From NCBI RefSeq assembly GCF_009914755.1, contig NC_060942.1: a DNA stretch of 64,000 bases. The stretch is one strand, 5' to 3'. The notes beneath the pieces are model-generated. The model worked only from the letters and a program-made list of their open reading frames with translations, was not told the origin of the DNA and searched no databases. Shown piece by piece: positions 14,359-31,493 of the stretch. Position numbers and translations under genes: made by a program. Position 1 is the stretch's first letter. Every line of letters starts with the position of its first letter. The DNA comes from the human T2T-CHM13v2.0 reference genome, Homo sapiens.

Positions 14359-15202
14359 ATTCTGAGGGGGATGGTTAAATGCATCAAGGTGTTCACTATG
14401 AGAAGAGTTGTTACTACAATAATAGTAGTTGTATGTGCGCGTGTGTGTGTAACATCAGGGCAGTCCAGATCTCAGTGGTATAATCCACTGTCTAACTGAA
14501 CAAAGACTCCGATGCACATATTCAAAAGTAGAGACATATTTTTCTACATTAATTAAGGTTTTGTTTATTGGCCCAGGCTCTTCTGGGTTTAGTCAAAAGG
14601 GTTCCTTCTTTTTGTTCAGTAAGAATCCTCATATTCAGTGATTCACGAACTTACACCTCCTGTCTCCCAGATCCAGGGAAACATACGGGAAAGTGTATTC
14701 CACAAACATTTGGCAGCCTCAGTAAGGCAGAAAGAAAGCTGTCACCAGGCTATATTAATGACTTCCTTTATAGATGGCCTAAACAGGAAGCAGCAAAGAC
14801 TTCTGGCTTAGATCCTGAGAAAATGCCTCAGGAGATCCTAAGAAACCTTCCCTGAGTATTTTCTCAAGGCTAAATGACCCAATTCTTCCAGGATTTCTTT
14901 ATAGATTTCCCTCTAAAGGACTACACTTCCTGGCCACTATTCCAAATTGTAGGAATAAGTAATTCTATCCAAGTCATGAACTTTTTTCAACTCTTATCTA
15001 AAAGGAGGGCTCATAAGCCCACACAATCATAAACTATAAGAGCTTTAAGGGTATGTAGACACCATGTAAGTACATCAACATTTTAATAATGAGGAAACTG
15101 AGGCCTAGAATTTCTGTCTGACTTGGGCAAGGCCTCCTAAGTGGATATAATGATTAACTCTCGGGTACTCATAAGTAGTCTAGGTTGTCATTAAAAAAAT
15201 AG

Positions 15203-15477
<275 letters not shown>

Positions 15478-16399
15478 AAAAAATAGAGTTTTTTAACCCC
15501 ATCAAGATTTATAGATTCCTCACTGATGCTGACTGAGCAATAGTTATTTCTACTGCTATCTCTACCATTTCTTAATGGCCCAATTGTCTAAAAATCGGTT
15601 ACTTGTGTTATCAAAATTTGTGATTTTATTAGATAATAATTACTCTCCTTAGATACTTATCATCTCTTATATATGTATGCTGAGGAGTCCTGGCTGTTGG
15701 AAAAATACAAATAACAAAATGAATGAGCAGTTGTAATTTTTAAATGAACAGGTTTATGGTTTTCAGTTTTGGATATTTTAACACTCAACAAGTGATACTT
15801 TGCATATCAATTTTTGTCATTACCTTTATGCAAGTATTATTTTATGACTCTTTTACCATTCTAAATGAAATTTAAATATGGAATCCAAGGACTCTAGGAT
15901 GCTTGAAGGCAGATGGTTCTTCGTGTAACACTGAAGCTAATCTTTCAAGAGAATGGGAATAGTGTTGAGAGTCTTGTTGAGACATATTCTGGGGTTATCT
16001 ATCAACAAATAAATATAGAATAACCAATCTCAAGATTGGCAATTTAGGGTTCCTCTCACATTATTCAGTTCTTTCTCTTCAATGCCCCATTATAAGCAAG
16101 ATAGATTTACCCTTAAGAGTATTCCATAAGTATAGCAATTACAGAAACCATTCTTATGTGATTCTATGTTTCTAGCACTGTGCTAAGTGATTTATATAAT
16201 TATCATATTTAGGTTCATGACTCTATCATGTCAGCTGAAGTAAATACCATTATCATCCCCATTAATAATATTGCAAATTATAGTCTTAGCATATTACATG
16301 ACAATTATAATCTAATAAGAATGAATAAACATCTAACTTTAGGAATTTTTCATTTTCTTTAATAATTATTATCTCAAAAAATCACAGAATATCTAGGGC

Positions 16400-17170
16400 A
16401 CATAAAAATGTAGAATTTCATGCAAATGGAAGCCACAGTGAAATACTATTCACTTATTAAAATAGCCAAAGTTTAAAAAAATGAGCATACAAAGTGTTGT
16501 TGAATATATGGAGGAACTGAAACTCTTGAACACTGTTGAGGTGATTTTTAGTAATTCAATCATTTGGAACTTTGGCAATTTCTTAAAAAGTTAAAAAAAA
16601 TTATTTAACATATTATTCAGCCATTTTATTTCTAAGTAATTACCCAAGAAAAATGAAAGCTTGTGTCTATAATGGGTACATGAATGCTCATAGCATCTTT
16701 ATTTGTAACAATCCAAACTAGAAACAACATAAATGTCCCTCAACAGATGAATGGATAGATAAACAAACTGCAATATATACATACATTAGGATACTATTCA
16801 GTAATAATAAGAAATAAATAACTGATACATGCCACAACATAGATGAATCTCAAAATAATTATACTGAGTGAAAAAAAGCAAAAAGAGGAACATACTGTAT
16901 GATCTACTTACATGAAGTTCTAGGACATGTAAAGTGACAGAGAGTGGATCAGTGATTACCTAGAGATAAACAATAGAGTATGGGGAAAAGCAGAAGGAAA
17001 GAAATGCAATGGGATATAGAAGCATAAGGGCAGTTTTTGAAAGGATAGATATGTTTATTATTTTGACTGTGGTAATGGCTTCACAGGTTTATACTTATGT
17101 CACAACATGTCAAATGCCTTACTGTATACTTTAAATATAAATAGTCAATTATGCCTCAATAAAGCTCTTG
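16400..17170 (+). mobile_element. Ancient L1M (L1MC/L1ME-like) 3' region
   Basis: Diverged L1 ORF2 C-terminal/3' UTR motifs ('aaatgtcccttcaacagatgaatggata', 'atgaatctcaaaataattatactgagtgaaa') ending at 'cctcaataaagct'. Confidence 0.8.
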
Positions 17171-17570
17171 AAATAAACTATAGAATTTCATAAAAGTGCA
17201 ATTATTGCTAAACAAAAAAACTAATAAGTTTAATAGAAGTGCTAGCACTAATTATAAATTTTTGAAAATTAAAGTTGATACATAAATTAACCGGAAAGAG
17301 GTTCTTTGCATAGAGAAAAAAAATACAGAAATTTCCAATTTGTCCAACAATAAGTGTTAAAACCTAATAGTACATAAATGTAAGAATTATCAAAAAGAAA
17401 GACAGCATAGATTTAATTAATTAAACTAGTCAAAAGAAAGAAATTCATCAAATCCTATGAAAATTATGTTGGAAATATGAATAACTATGATAATGTACTA
17501 GGAAAATGGAAATGACAAAATTGACATCAAAATTGATTTTTTAAATGAAAAAATAAAACTCAACCATACT

Positions 17571-17890
<320 letters not shown>

Positions 17891-19028
17891 TTAGAAATTT
17901 ATTAGAGTAATTTGTAAAAATTTGGCCTCCTAAGTTTTTTAAAATTGGTTATTTCTTTCAAAACTTTGCAAAATATGCATCTCTTGTGAAATGTTTGCTA
18001 TTTATAAGCATATGGTAATGCCACAATAATTTGAACACCATGGTATTGTCCAGGAGCAAACAGACATGTCCAAGGGAAACATATTTATTCATGCTCCTAT
18101 AGAAAGAGGAAAAGAAAATAAATCTGTTGCAAAAAGGGTAAGATAAATGGACAAAATATAATGAAAAGATTAAATAAATATTTCTATTATTTGAAGAAAC
18201 TGTAAACTATTATTTCATATTCGACTTAACAAGTAATAAAAAGATAGACTAAGTTTTGTGTCACATTGTGACACCAACCAAACCAGCAGCTTGTAAAAGA
18301 GTCTTTATTGCTCAGTGCATGTTTTCCTATGTTTACGTCATTGTTAGGTCCTTGAGGTCAGAATATGTTATTATTTGCACTCTCTGTGGTGCTGAGCACC
18401 ATTGTAAACATTCAGTAATTACATTCAAGTGAGAAGATGGACCTGATCTCATAGGTAAAAAGGGGGTCATCTGTCCTTGAGAAGCAGAAGGGTGGGTACC
18501 GGGAATGCGGAGCAGGTCAAAAGCACCAAACCTGAAATCTCATGAATTTAGGAAAGGTTTTCAAAAGAAGCTTAATGCACAGGAGTTGACGTTTAATTAA
18601 TAATTCCTTTCTTGAGAGACTTAAGCAGCTTGGGCTGTTTTCAGCTCTTTCAAGTACTCTCTTCTGCTGATGTAGCAAGAAGCAGCAAATTCAAAGTAAA
18701 GCTAAAAGAAGCCTGGAAGCTCAGCCTCTGGGCAGTCATTTTCAGTATTTATGACTGCCTGTAAATGGCTAGTGAGCTGGTGGTAGCACCATTGATTCTA
18801 TTTTTAACAGTTGACTCTTACAATCAATGGGATTGACCAAACCAACAGTGAAGTCAGCAGCAACAAGAGCATGGCCCAACTGCGGTCCATTAATGTGGCC
18901 TGTGGCTCCAGGTGGGTGTACACCACCAACAAAGCCTTGAGCCAGGGAACACACCCCCTCACACCAAATATACCCAACCTCTTCTCTCAACACCAGACGA
19001 CCCCATTACCATAGAAAACTTGGTGGGC

Positions 19029-19934
19029 GAGGAGGAGCCAAGATGGCCGAATAGGAACAGCTCCGGTCTACAGCTCCCAGCGTGAGCAACGCAGAAGACG
19101 GGTGATTTCTGCATTTCCATCTGAGGTACCGGGTTCATCTCACTAGGGAGTGCCAGACAGTGGGCACAGGCCAGTGGGTGTGCGCAACGTGCGCGAGCCG
19201 AAGCAGGGTGAGGCATTGCTTCACCTGGGAAGCGCAAGGGGTCAGGGAGTTCCCTTTCCGAGTCAAAGAAAGGGGTGACGGACGGCACCTGGAAAATCGG
19301 GTCACTCCCACCCGAATATTGCGCTTTTCAGACCGGCTTAAAAAACGGCGCACCACGAGACTATATCCCACACCTGGCTCAGAGGGTCCTACACCAACGG
19401 AGTCTCGCTGATTGCTACCACAGCAGTCTGAGATCAAACTGCAAGGCGGCAGCCAGGCTGGGGGAGGGGCGCCCGCCATTGCCCAGGCTTGCTTAGGTCA
19501 ACAAAGCAGCCAGGAAGCTCGAACTGGGTGGAGCCCACCACAGCTCAAGGAGGCCTGCCTGCCTCTGTAGGCTCCACCTCTGGGGGCAGGGCACAGACAA
19601 ACAAAAAGACAGCAGTAACCTCTGCAGACTTAAATGTCCCTGTCTGACAGCTTTGAAGAGAGCAGTGGTTCTCCCAGCACGCAGCTGGAGATCTGATAAC
19701 GGGCAGACTGCCTCCTCAAATGGGTCCCTGACCCCTGACCCCTGAGCAGCCTAACTGGGAGGCACCCCCCAGCAGGGGCACACTGACACCTCACACGGCA
19801 GGGTATTCCAACAGACCTGCAGCTGAGGGTCCTGTCTGTTAGAAGGAAAACTAACAAACAGAAAGGACATCCACACCGAAAACCCATCTGTACATCACCA
19901 TCATCAAAGACCAAAAGTAGATAAAACCACAAAG
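19029..19934 (+). promoter_or_regulatory. L1 5' UTR internal sense promoter and antisense promoter, CpG-rich
   Basis: YY1 site CAAGATGGCC at 19039-19048; many CpGs retained. The 906-bp length matches the short 5' UTR of L1PA2/L1HS, which lacks the 129-bp ZNF93-bound segment of older L1PA. Confidence 0.85.
19135..19479 (-). CDS. ORF0: L1 antisense ORF0, 114-aa extended form
   Basis: MAGAPPPAWLPPCSLISDCCGSNQRDSVGVGPSEPGVGYSLVVRRFLSRSEKRNIRVGVTRFSRC matches the known primate ORF0 N-terminus; ATG and both internal splice donors are present. Confidence 0.8.
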   Translation of the reverse strand: MAGAPPPAWLPPCSLISDCCGSNQRDSVGVGPSEPGVGYSLVVRRFLSRSEKRNIRVGVTRFSRCRPSPLSLTRKGNSLTPCASQVKQCLTLLRLAHVAHTHWPVPTVWHSLVR

Positions 19935-20951
19935 ATGGGGAGAAAACAGAACAGAAAAACTGGAAACTCTAAAACGCAGAGCGCCTCTCCTCCTTCAAAG
20001 GAATGCAGTTCCTCACCAGCAACGGAACAAAGCTGGATGGAGAATGACTTTGACGAGCTGAGAGAAGAAGGTTTCAGACGATCAAATTACTCTGAGCTAC
20101 GGGAGGACATTCAAACCAAAGGCAAAGAAGTTGAAAACTTTGAAAAAAATTTAGAAGAATGTATAACTAGAATAACCAATACAGAGAAGTGCTTAAAGGA
20201 GCTGATGGAGCTGAAAACCAAGGCTCGAGAACTACGTGAAGAATGCAGAAGCCTCAGGAGCCGATGCGATCAACTGGAAGAAAGGGTATCAGCAATGGAA
20301 GATGAAATGAATGAAATGAAGCGAGAAGCGAAGTTTAGAGAAAAAAGAATAAAAAGAAATGAGCAAAGCCTCCAAGAAATATGGGACTATGTGAAAAGAC
20401 CAAATCTACGTCTGATTGGTGTACCTGAAAGTGATGCAGAGAATGGAACCAAGTTGGAAAACACTCTGCAGGATATTATCCAGGAGAACTTCCCCAATCT
20501 AGCAAGGCAGGCCAACGTTCAGATTCAGGAAATACAGAGAACGCCACAAAGATACTCCTCAAGAAGAGCAACTCCAAGACACATAATTGTCAGATTCACC
20601 AAAGTTGAAATGAAGGAAAAAATGTTAAGGGCAGCCAGAGAGAAAGGTAGGGTTACCCTCAAAGGGAAGCCCATCAGACTAACAGCGGATCTCTCGGCAG
20701 AAACCCTACAAGCCAGAAGAGAGTGGGGGCCAATATTCAACATTCTTAAAGAAAAGAATTTTCAACCCAGAATTTCATATCCAGCCAAACTAAGCTTCAT
20801 AAGTGAAGGAGAAATAAAATACTTTACAGACAAGCAAATGCTGACCGATTTTGTCACCACCAGGCCTGCCCTAAAAGAGCTCCTGAAGGAAGCGCTAAAC
20901 ATGGAAAGGAACAACCGGTACCAGCCGCGGCAAAATCATGCCAAAATGTAA
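19935..20951 (+). CDS. ORF1: L1 ORF1p (p40 RNA-binding protein / nucleic acid chaperone), intact 338 aa
   Basis: Full-length open frame with coiled coil, RRM and CTD; REKG, ARR and YPAKLS motifs conserved. Confidence 0.97.
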   Translation: MGRKQNRKTGNSKTQSASPPSKECSSSPATEQSWMENDFDELREEGFRRSNYSELREDIQTKGKEVENFEKNLEECITRITNTEKCLKELMELKTKARELREECRSLRSRCDQLEERVSAMEDEMNEMKREAKFREKRIKRNEQSLQEIWDYVKRPNLRLIGVPESDAENGTKLENTLQDIIQENFPNLARQANVQIQEIQRTPQRYSSRRATPRHIIVRFTKVEMKEKMLRAAREKGRVTLKGKPIRLTADLSAETLQARREWGPIFNILKEKNFQPRISYPAKLSFISEGEIKYFTDKQMLTDFVTTRPALKELLKEALNMERNNRYQPRQNHAKM

Positions 20952-21014
20952 AGACCATCGAGACTAGGAAGAAACTGCATCAACTAACGAGCAAAATAAC
21001 CAGCTAACATCATA

Positions 21015-24834
<3,820 letters not shown>

Positions 24835-24886
24835 ACAATGAGATCACATGGACACAGGAAGGGGAATATCACACTCTGGGGACTGT

Positions 24887-24911
24887 GGTGGGGAGGGGAG
24901 AGGGGGGAGGG
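24887..24911 (+). other. L1 3' UTR polypurine / G-quadruplex-prone tract
   Basis: GGTGGGGAGGGGAGAGGGGGGAGGG, four G-runs. Confidence 0.7.
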
Positions 24912-26124
24912 ATAGCACTGGGAGATATACCTAATGCTAGATGACAAGTTAGTGGGTGCAGCGCAGCAGCATGGCACATGTATACAGATGTAACTAACCT
25001 GCACAATGTGCACATGTACCCTAAAACTTAAAGTATAATAAAAAAATAAATAAATAAATAAATAAATAAAAGAAAACTTGGTGGGCAAAGGCCCAGAAAT
25101 AAATTATGCAGCTCTTTAGCACCCTCTGGTGTCCAATCTTACCAACACCCAAAACACGCTTGGGTTTTAAAAACTCTAAAACGAGCATTCCCGCCCAAAG
25201 CTATCCATCTCCTTGTAATGAACAGGGATCTGGAGTAGGGAATTCTTTTACCTGACATTACCATTCCCGTTGACTAAAGAAAACAACTACTGAGAAAAAT
25301 TTCCCCTCAAACTATCATCTAATTAGGGGAACTGGTATCACCTCATCTTCGCATTTTTGCATGTAAGTAATATGAAAACTGTCTGCTTTTAAATCTGGAT
25401 TATCTTTTGGGTTACATAAAGTAAAAATTTTCTAGAAAATAGGTTGTTTATGTAGAATCCATTAACTAATTTGAATTATTTCAATAAGAGGAAAGTCAAA
25501 GAGATACTAACCAAACTAGCAGATTTATTTTCCTCTTGGCACTTCTCTCCACCCTTATCCATTAGGGAATGTTAGAATAGAAAAATGCCGTGCAGTGGGC
25601 ATCAGATCTGGGCCGTAGGCTGGACTTCCCTTTCAGGTTGAAATAGACTGTGAACACATCACAATCTCTATGAACTTCAGTTTTCTCAACTATAGAACAA
25701 GCATATGGGCATAGGTCATCTTTACTAACTTGAGAAGGAAATTCAATATCCTATGAGGTTACCAGGGTTTGGGTTTCCATACTACCTGAAGATGGCTTAT
25801 GGGTACACAGGGTTCATTATCTACCTGTGCATAGGTTTGAATCTTTTCATAATAAAAAAGTTAAATGACTTGCAGTTGGAATCAATTTTCCGTGTTCCCC
25901 TGAATATTAAATTATTGGGACTCTACAGCAATCCTGAACACATAAGAATGGTTGATTCTCATTTTAGACTCTCTCATGATTGTATATTTTGGAATAAGCG
26001 TTGGTAGTTCAATAAAATTTCTCCTTTTTTAAAAAAGGTGGCCTTAAGCAATATATGAGAAGAAGTGAATTAGGAGAGGGATTTCTGCAGAAAAGTGCCA
26101 AGTGTTCTTCATGTAAGTTTCTAA

Positions 26125-26360
26125 CATAACCATGCTACTTATTAAGATCCTACTAGGTACCAAGAGTTTTAGATACCTCATTTTATTTAATCCTCCTAAC
26201 ATTCTTGCAAGGTAGATTTTATTATTCTCATTTTGTAGAAAAGAAAACTAAGCCTCAGAGATGCAAAGCAATTTGTCCAAGTTAACATGCAACTTGTACG
26301 GCCAATATTCAGACCTAGCTCACAGTAAACTCAAAGTCTGTTTTCTTTCCATAGAACCAG
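26125..26360 (-). mobile_element. MIR SINE (approximate)
   Basis: MIR core 'ctcattttgtagaaaagaaaactaagcctcagagatgcaaagcaatttgtccaag'. Confidence 0.7.
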
Positions 26361-27267
26361 ACTCTTAATTTAGAAAGCAAAGGTGAAGAGGAAGAAATTC
26401 CTAACTCCATTGTTCTGGCAGACTAGCTCAAGACTTTGTTTTCCTAAAAATAGATGGTTTAAAGAAGTCCTGGAAGCAGGCTGTCTGGTGTCTGTTAAGT
26501 CTCCCTGGCAATGAAAAGTATGTCGACCAATTTGGGACTCTCCCTATTGAGAGACACACAATCTACAGTAGAGCCTCTGCTTTCTTATTCACCTTGCTAC
26601 AGACTGTAACTGAGCATCTACTATGTATCATATACTTCTACGGTGATAAAATAAAACTGGAGCTGTTTCTTTAAAAGCCTGTACTTGTCAGAAGAAATGT
26701 CACAAATGTCTCTACCTGAGACACAAGGAAGGCCTTGCCAATTCCCCCCTTATAAGAACTCACCACATTGTAGTATCCGGAGGAGGTCAGCTAACTGAGC
26801 TGGTGCCCACATCCATCTGCTGTTAGCCACTACAACTAAGGAAGCCTTTTGGGCCCACACTGCTAGGAAGTAAGGTCCGGTAAGAGAAGAGTAGAGAAGA
26901 GTCAGAATGTCTCCATACCTTATAAAGAATTGTGGAAATTCTGTTGCTAAAACTGTGTATAATTCCTCTGCAGTCACAGTGATGCATTACTGAGAAATCA
27001 AAACACCCACCTATATTCCAAATTGTCTCTCTGCTCTAACTTCTGTACCAGATACCTTACTCTAACTCATCTCAGAGACAGAACGGCAGGACTGATGTTC
27101 TAAGGCCAAAGAGGGCTCATTCTATTTGTCAAGTCTGTGGTTTTGCTTGGAAAAGAGAAAATTAAACAATTACGTGTTAGCTGATATTTCTCTTTGCTTT
27201 AGCATGGATTTCTCTTTCTGGATGTTCCAACATCTTGGATGACAACAAGAAGTCAAAGGCATTTGCC

Positions 27268-27572
27268 TGCGGGGCGCGGTGGCTCACGCCTGTAATCCCA
27301 GCACTTTGTGAGGCCGAGGTAGGTGGATTACGAGGTCAGGAGATGGAGACCATCCTGGCTAACACGGTGAAACCATGTCTCTACTAAAAATACAAAAAAA
27401 TTAGTCGGGCGTGGTGGCGGGTGCCTGTAGTTCCAGCTACTCGGGAGGCTGAGCAGCAGGAGAACGGCGTAAACCCGAGAGGCGGAGCTTGCAGTGAGCC
27501 CAGATCGCGCCACTGTACTCCAGCCTGGGCAACAGAGCAAGACTCCGTCTCAAAAAAAAAAAAAAAAAAAAA
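27268..27572 (+). mobile_element. AluY, CpG-rich (young)
   Basis: AluY diagnostics, long pure A tail, TSD AAAGGCATTT(G/A)CC at 27255-27267 / 27573-27585. Confidence 0.97.
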
Positions 27573-29574
27573 AAAGGCATTTACCACAATTTCCTCCAGC
27601 CAGAGTGGCTTAATGTACTTTTCCAGGCTTTGAAAGATACTACATTGTCACTAAGAGTTCTGATAATTCTGCAAAGAGATGAAAGTGGCAGATCCTGGAA
27701 AGAAAGAGCCAGTTTCCCTTGGTGTTACGTTGCAGATTCTTAGTTCTGTGGGTCTTCAGCATTTTCACTATAGGAAACTCTCATGACTTACAGACCTAGA
27801 GATCAGAGATGGAAACAAAGAGAAGGAAAACAAACACTATAGAAAGAAAAAAAAAAGGAGGGCAATCTAGCAAGACAAAAACAGCTAGGTAGTTTAGGAT
27901 GGAATGCATAAATGCAAATGCGAAGACATTTTTCTCTTGCAAAGCTCCAGAGATATTGCAAATTCAAGCTTTTAGAAAAGCAAACAGTATTATCATATTT
28001 TTAATTTTTTTCTTTCCATTTCTTCTTAGCTTATACTAAATCCTCCATTTTCCCTTCTAATTCTTTATTTCAGGATCACTGGATTCTACTGTGTTTGAGA
28101 AAAAAAAAAGTAGGAACTATAAACTTAAATTATAGCCAATCAGATTGTACTCACAGCTCAACTGCTAGACAAATTGCAGCTCATGAAATTTGCTATGGGT
28201 CAGGAGACTGAGTAATTTTATTTTAATCAGTCTTATTTGAAGCTGGAACGCCTTTGCAGCAAATCCTCTGAACAGGATTTCAGACAGGATATGGACTAGT
28301 CTTTTCTCATCTCTTTTCCTTTGTTTTCTTTTTTCTTAGTAAACTATTTCACGTTTCTGACAAATAATGAGAAATAAAAGTTGAAATGGTCAAATTTTAT
28401 TGCAGTTCTGAGTGAAAGCTTGTCTGGAGCTTAGGCTGGCTCCAGCCTTTCTTCCAATGCAGTATTAAGCTCTCTGAATCTCATTTCTAGCATTTATTTA
28501 CATAGTTAAGTCCCAGGCGGAACTCAGGCCCAGCCCCAAGACCACAAATGCTCTGCTGATTGTGGGGCCTTGCAGTGGTTCGGATTATCCGGGACATTAT
28601 TCATGTCACAAGAGACCTTGCAGGCTAGTGCTAAGTTGGATGGACAAAATCACTGCAACACAGCTACCTCCTCAGGAAGTGGGGAGCAAATAAGACCCTT
28701 GCAGAGTCACCAAGTATGGGATGGATACAACATTAACAATTCACAGCAATGTCTCAAATTTGTAATGCAATATTTGCTGCATCTCACAATACAGAGTCGC
28801 ACCTCAAGAGAGGATAAACAACAGTCACTCTATTTAGTCCAAGAGGCAGGGTAAGCATCTCATGCACTATTCTCTCCTCTAACTTTGAAACCCAGTTTGC
28901 GGAAGGATCCATACAACCGTTAAACCTGTGAACAGGAAAAGATCTGCTTTTTAAGAAAGGGAATTTAGCAAAAGCCCAACCTGCCTGATGTCAGCTCACC
29001 CAAATGCAGTCCCGCACAGGCTGGTTTTGAAGAACCAGTACCTTCTGGTTCATGTGCACCTCATATGCATAAAAATGATTCTAGTGGGAGTAACTGAAGG
29101 GCTAGAACTGTCTATGCCATTCCTCTTCCTTATCATGTTATTTATCCTTTATATTTTTCAACTCTAGTTTCTTCGTGTTTTTTGTTTGTTTGTTTGTTTG
29201 TTTAGGTCAAAGAAATTGATAACACTCACCAAATAATTTGTGATAGCAAAATTCTGGCAAACTAGCCAATGGAGAAACACATAAAAGGCTAGCTTGACAT
29301 TTTAGGAGGCTTATTAACTTAATGCAGGCTTATTTGTAATCCTTCATTTCAGGTCAAACACAAGGATAAACAACATGAGAAAGACATTGTTAGTGTCCTC
29401 AAGCAGCTGAAGACCTTAGGTGGCCAATCATCTGAGGATATGGGACAGGTCAGGTGTAGCTGCACTTTTCTGCCAGGATGGAACAGAAAATGGCAAGAGA
29501 CCTAGCTGGAGAGTTCTTTCTACTAAAAGATGATAATAGCATAATCCAGTGAGGTCACCCTCTTTGATAACTAT

Positions 29575-29792
29575 GTTAGCTCACACTTATTTTATACTTA
29601 CTTTGTGCCAGAATTGTGTAACATGCTTTATACATGTAACTGTATTTAATTCTCACATCAGGGCTATGGAGTTTTCACTAATGGTGTCATACCCATTATA
29701 CAGAAAAGAAACTGAGTCACAGAGTTTCTGTAATTTATTCAAGGACAACCAACCAATAAGGGACAGAATCAGGATTCCAATTCAGGTAGCCT
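29575..29792 (-). mobile_element. MIR SINE interrupted by MER50 (resumes about 30516-30540)
   Basis: MIR core 'cccattatacagaaaagaaactgagtcacagag'; continues after the LTR as 'ggctgactctaaagcatg'. Confidence 0.7.
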
Positions 29793-30515
29793 TGTTTCTG
29801 TAGTTAGCTAGTCAGACATGAGCAGGGCAGGACAGGAATCCCTTAGCCCCCACACTAGGAATGTCAGGTGACCATCAGGTGATGGTGAGGCAGTTGTTAA
29901 CTGCCTCACCAAAATTATAATTGGTTGCAACCAGCTCCAGGGGAAGCCAGTCTCCCATTAGGTAGAAAAACCTGAAACTGATGATCAGAAGCTTCTTGAT
30001 AAGATCTCAGGAGCTGGGCACGTGGGCTCAAGCATGTGCATTAAGAGGCAAAGTGGCAGAGTTTAACTAATGTATGACCTTGTAAGGACATTCAACTGGT
30101 AAGGGAAGAACACCACAAGTGAGCATGTACAACTCTAGTAAACATACTGTGCATGCTCACCTCCCATGTGCCAACTGGCCACTGTGCATGTCGACAGCCC
30201 ACCTCAAGGGAAGAATCAGGGGAGAAGAGATGCAAGACCCTGAAAGTAGGCCAACATATAAAACTCCAAGTCAAAGGTCAAACAGTAGACTTGACCTCTT
30301 GAGGAATCAACATGGCGTGCTTCCAAGTGTACTTTACTTCCTTCCATTCCTGCTCTAAAGCTTTTTAATAAGCTTCTACTCCTGCTCTAAAACTTGCCTT
30401 GATCTCCCACTCTGACTCAGTCAATTCTTTCTTCTGAGGAGGCACGAACTGAGGTTGCTGCAAATATGTATACATTTGCTGCTGTAACATACTTTGGTGC
30501 CATGTACCGCTAACA
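29793..30515 (+). mobile_element. ERV1 LTR, MER50
   Basis: TG...CA ends; 'gctagtcagacatgagcagggcagg', 'ggaatgtcaggtgaccatcaggtgatgg' and 'gataagatctcaggag' match recalled MER50; TATA-like TATAAAA about 30258; imperfect 4-bp TSD GCCT/GGCT. Confidence 0.8.
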
Positions 30516-31493
30516 GGCTGACTCTAAAGCATGTGGTTCCATTTCTAAGAAGTATAAAAACATTATTACCTTTCTTGACATGAATCTAAGAAAAGAAATT
30601 TTTCCTTCTTAACTTTAAGGAGCTCTGCATGTGACTTTGTCTAAATCCTCAAAGGGAAAGAAATACGTATTCCTTAATAAGTGAATTAGAATTGCAATCT
30701 GCATATCTTAAAACCTTTTTTTTTTTTGCTTAATGGGGGTGCCCTGAAACTAATAATTGTATTTCAAATAAGCTCTCATAATTTTTACTTAATTCTTTTG
30801 CCTTTATCTGGAGCCTTTTTTTAATAAAGAGAAAATAAGAAATAAACAAGAAAAAATAAGCTTATCCAAGAACCATTTCTCTTTAGTCCTTCATTTTTCA
30901 CCAAGAAACATATAGTTTGTGCTAAGAAGTTTTTTTTTTTTTTTTAACCAACCACAAAAAGTTTCCAATGAGTTTCTTAAGAACTTGATTTTATTACAGG
31001 GCAAGTAATTATCACAAACATTTAACAGTAATTTAAATGATTTTCCTACTTCATTGTAAACTCCTGAAGGATACGTTTATTTGTTGGAGTCTGAGACTGA
31101 CATTTTAAAATGTATGATCCTAAATTTGTATTTCCCCCAGCATCCCCAAACTCTGCCTTTCCTCTAAAACTTTACTCACTGCTCTGACATGTTTTGTTGA
31201 CTGAAAACATTCTCTACATAAACTTCATGGAGTTAGTGTTGAATTTCTGCAGTGAATGCATTTTTCATGATTAAAAGTCACAGCATGCTTCTTGTCTGCG
31301 GAACACCGTTCTAGGAGAGCAGTCATTCTTCCTTATGAGTTCCTAAGTCACAACCAGTTTTAAACTTTGATTCATTTCAAGATACGTAGATTTAGCAACA
31401 AAATTGTGGCTCTGTGAATTTGGGACAAAGTATCTACTTTGCCATTTTATTTTTATGCAAGTTTTGTATACAAGGAGGACATTCCAGATACAC

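Noticed and set aside
18959-19932. Other ORFs overlapping the L1 5' UTR (109, 83, 73 and 100 aa)
   Set aside because: These are expected by-products of the GC-rich L1 5' UTR; only the 19135-19479 frame corresponds to the characterised ORF0.
29353-29510. Acceptor TTCATTTCAG followed by about 50 open codons (VKHKDKQHEKDIVSVLKQLKTLGG...)
   Set aside because: The core 'aagacattgttagtgtcctcaagcagctgaagaccttagg' resembles an antisense L2 3' fragment, so the open frame is likely chance.
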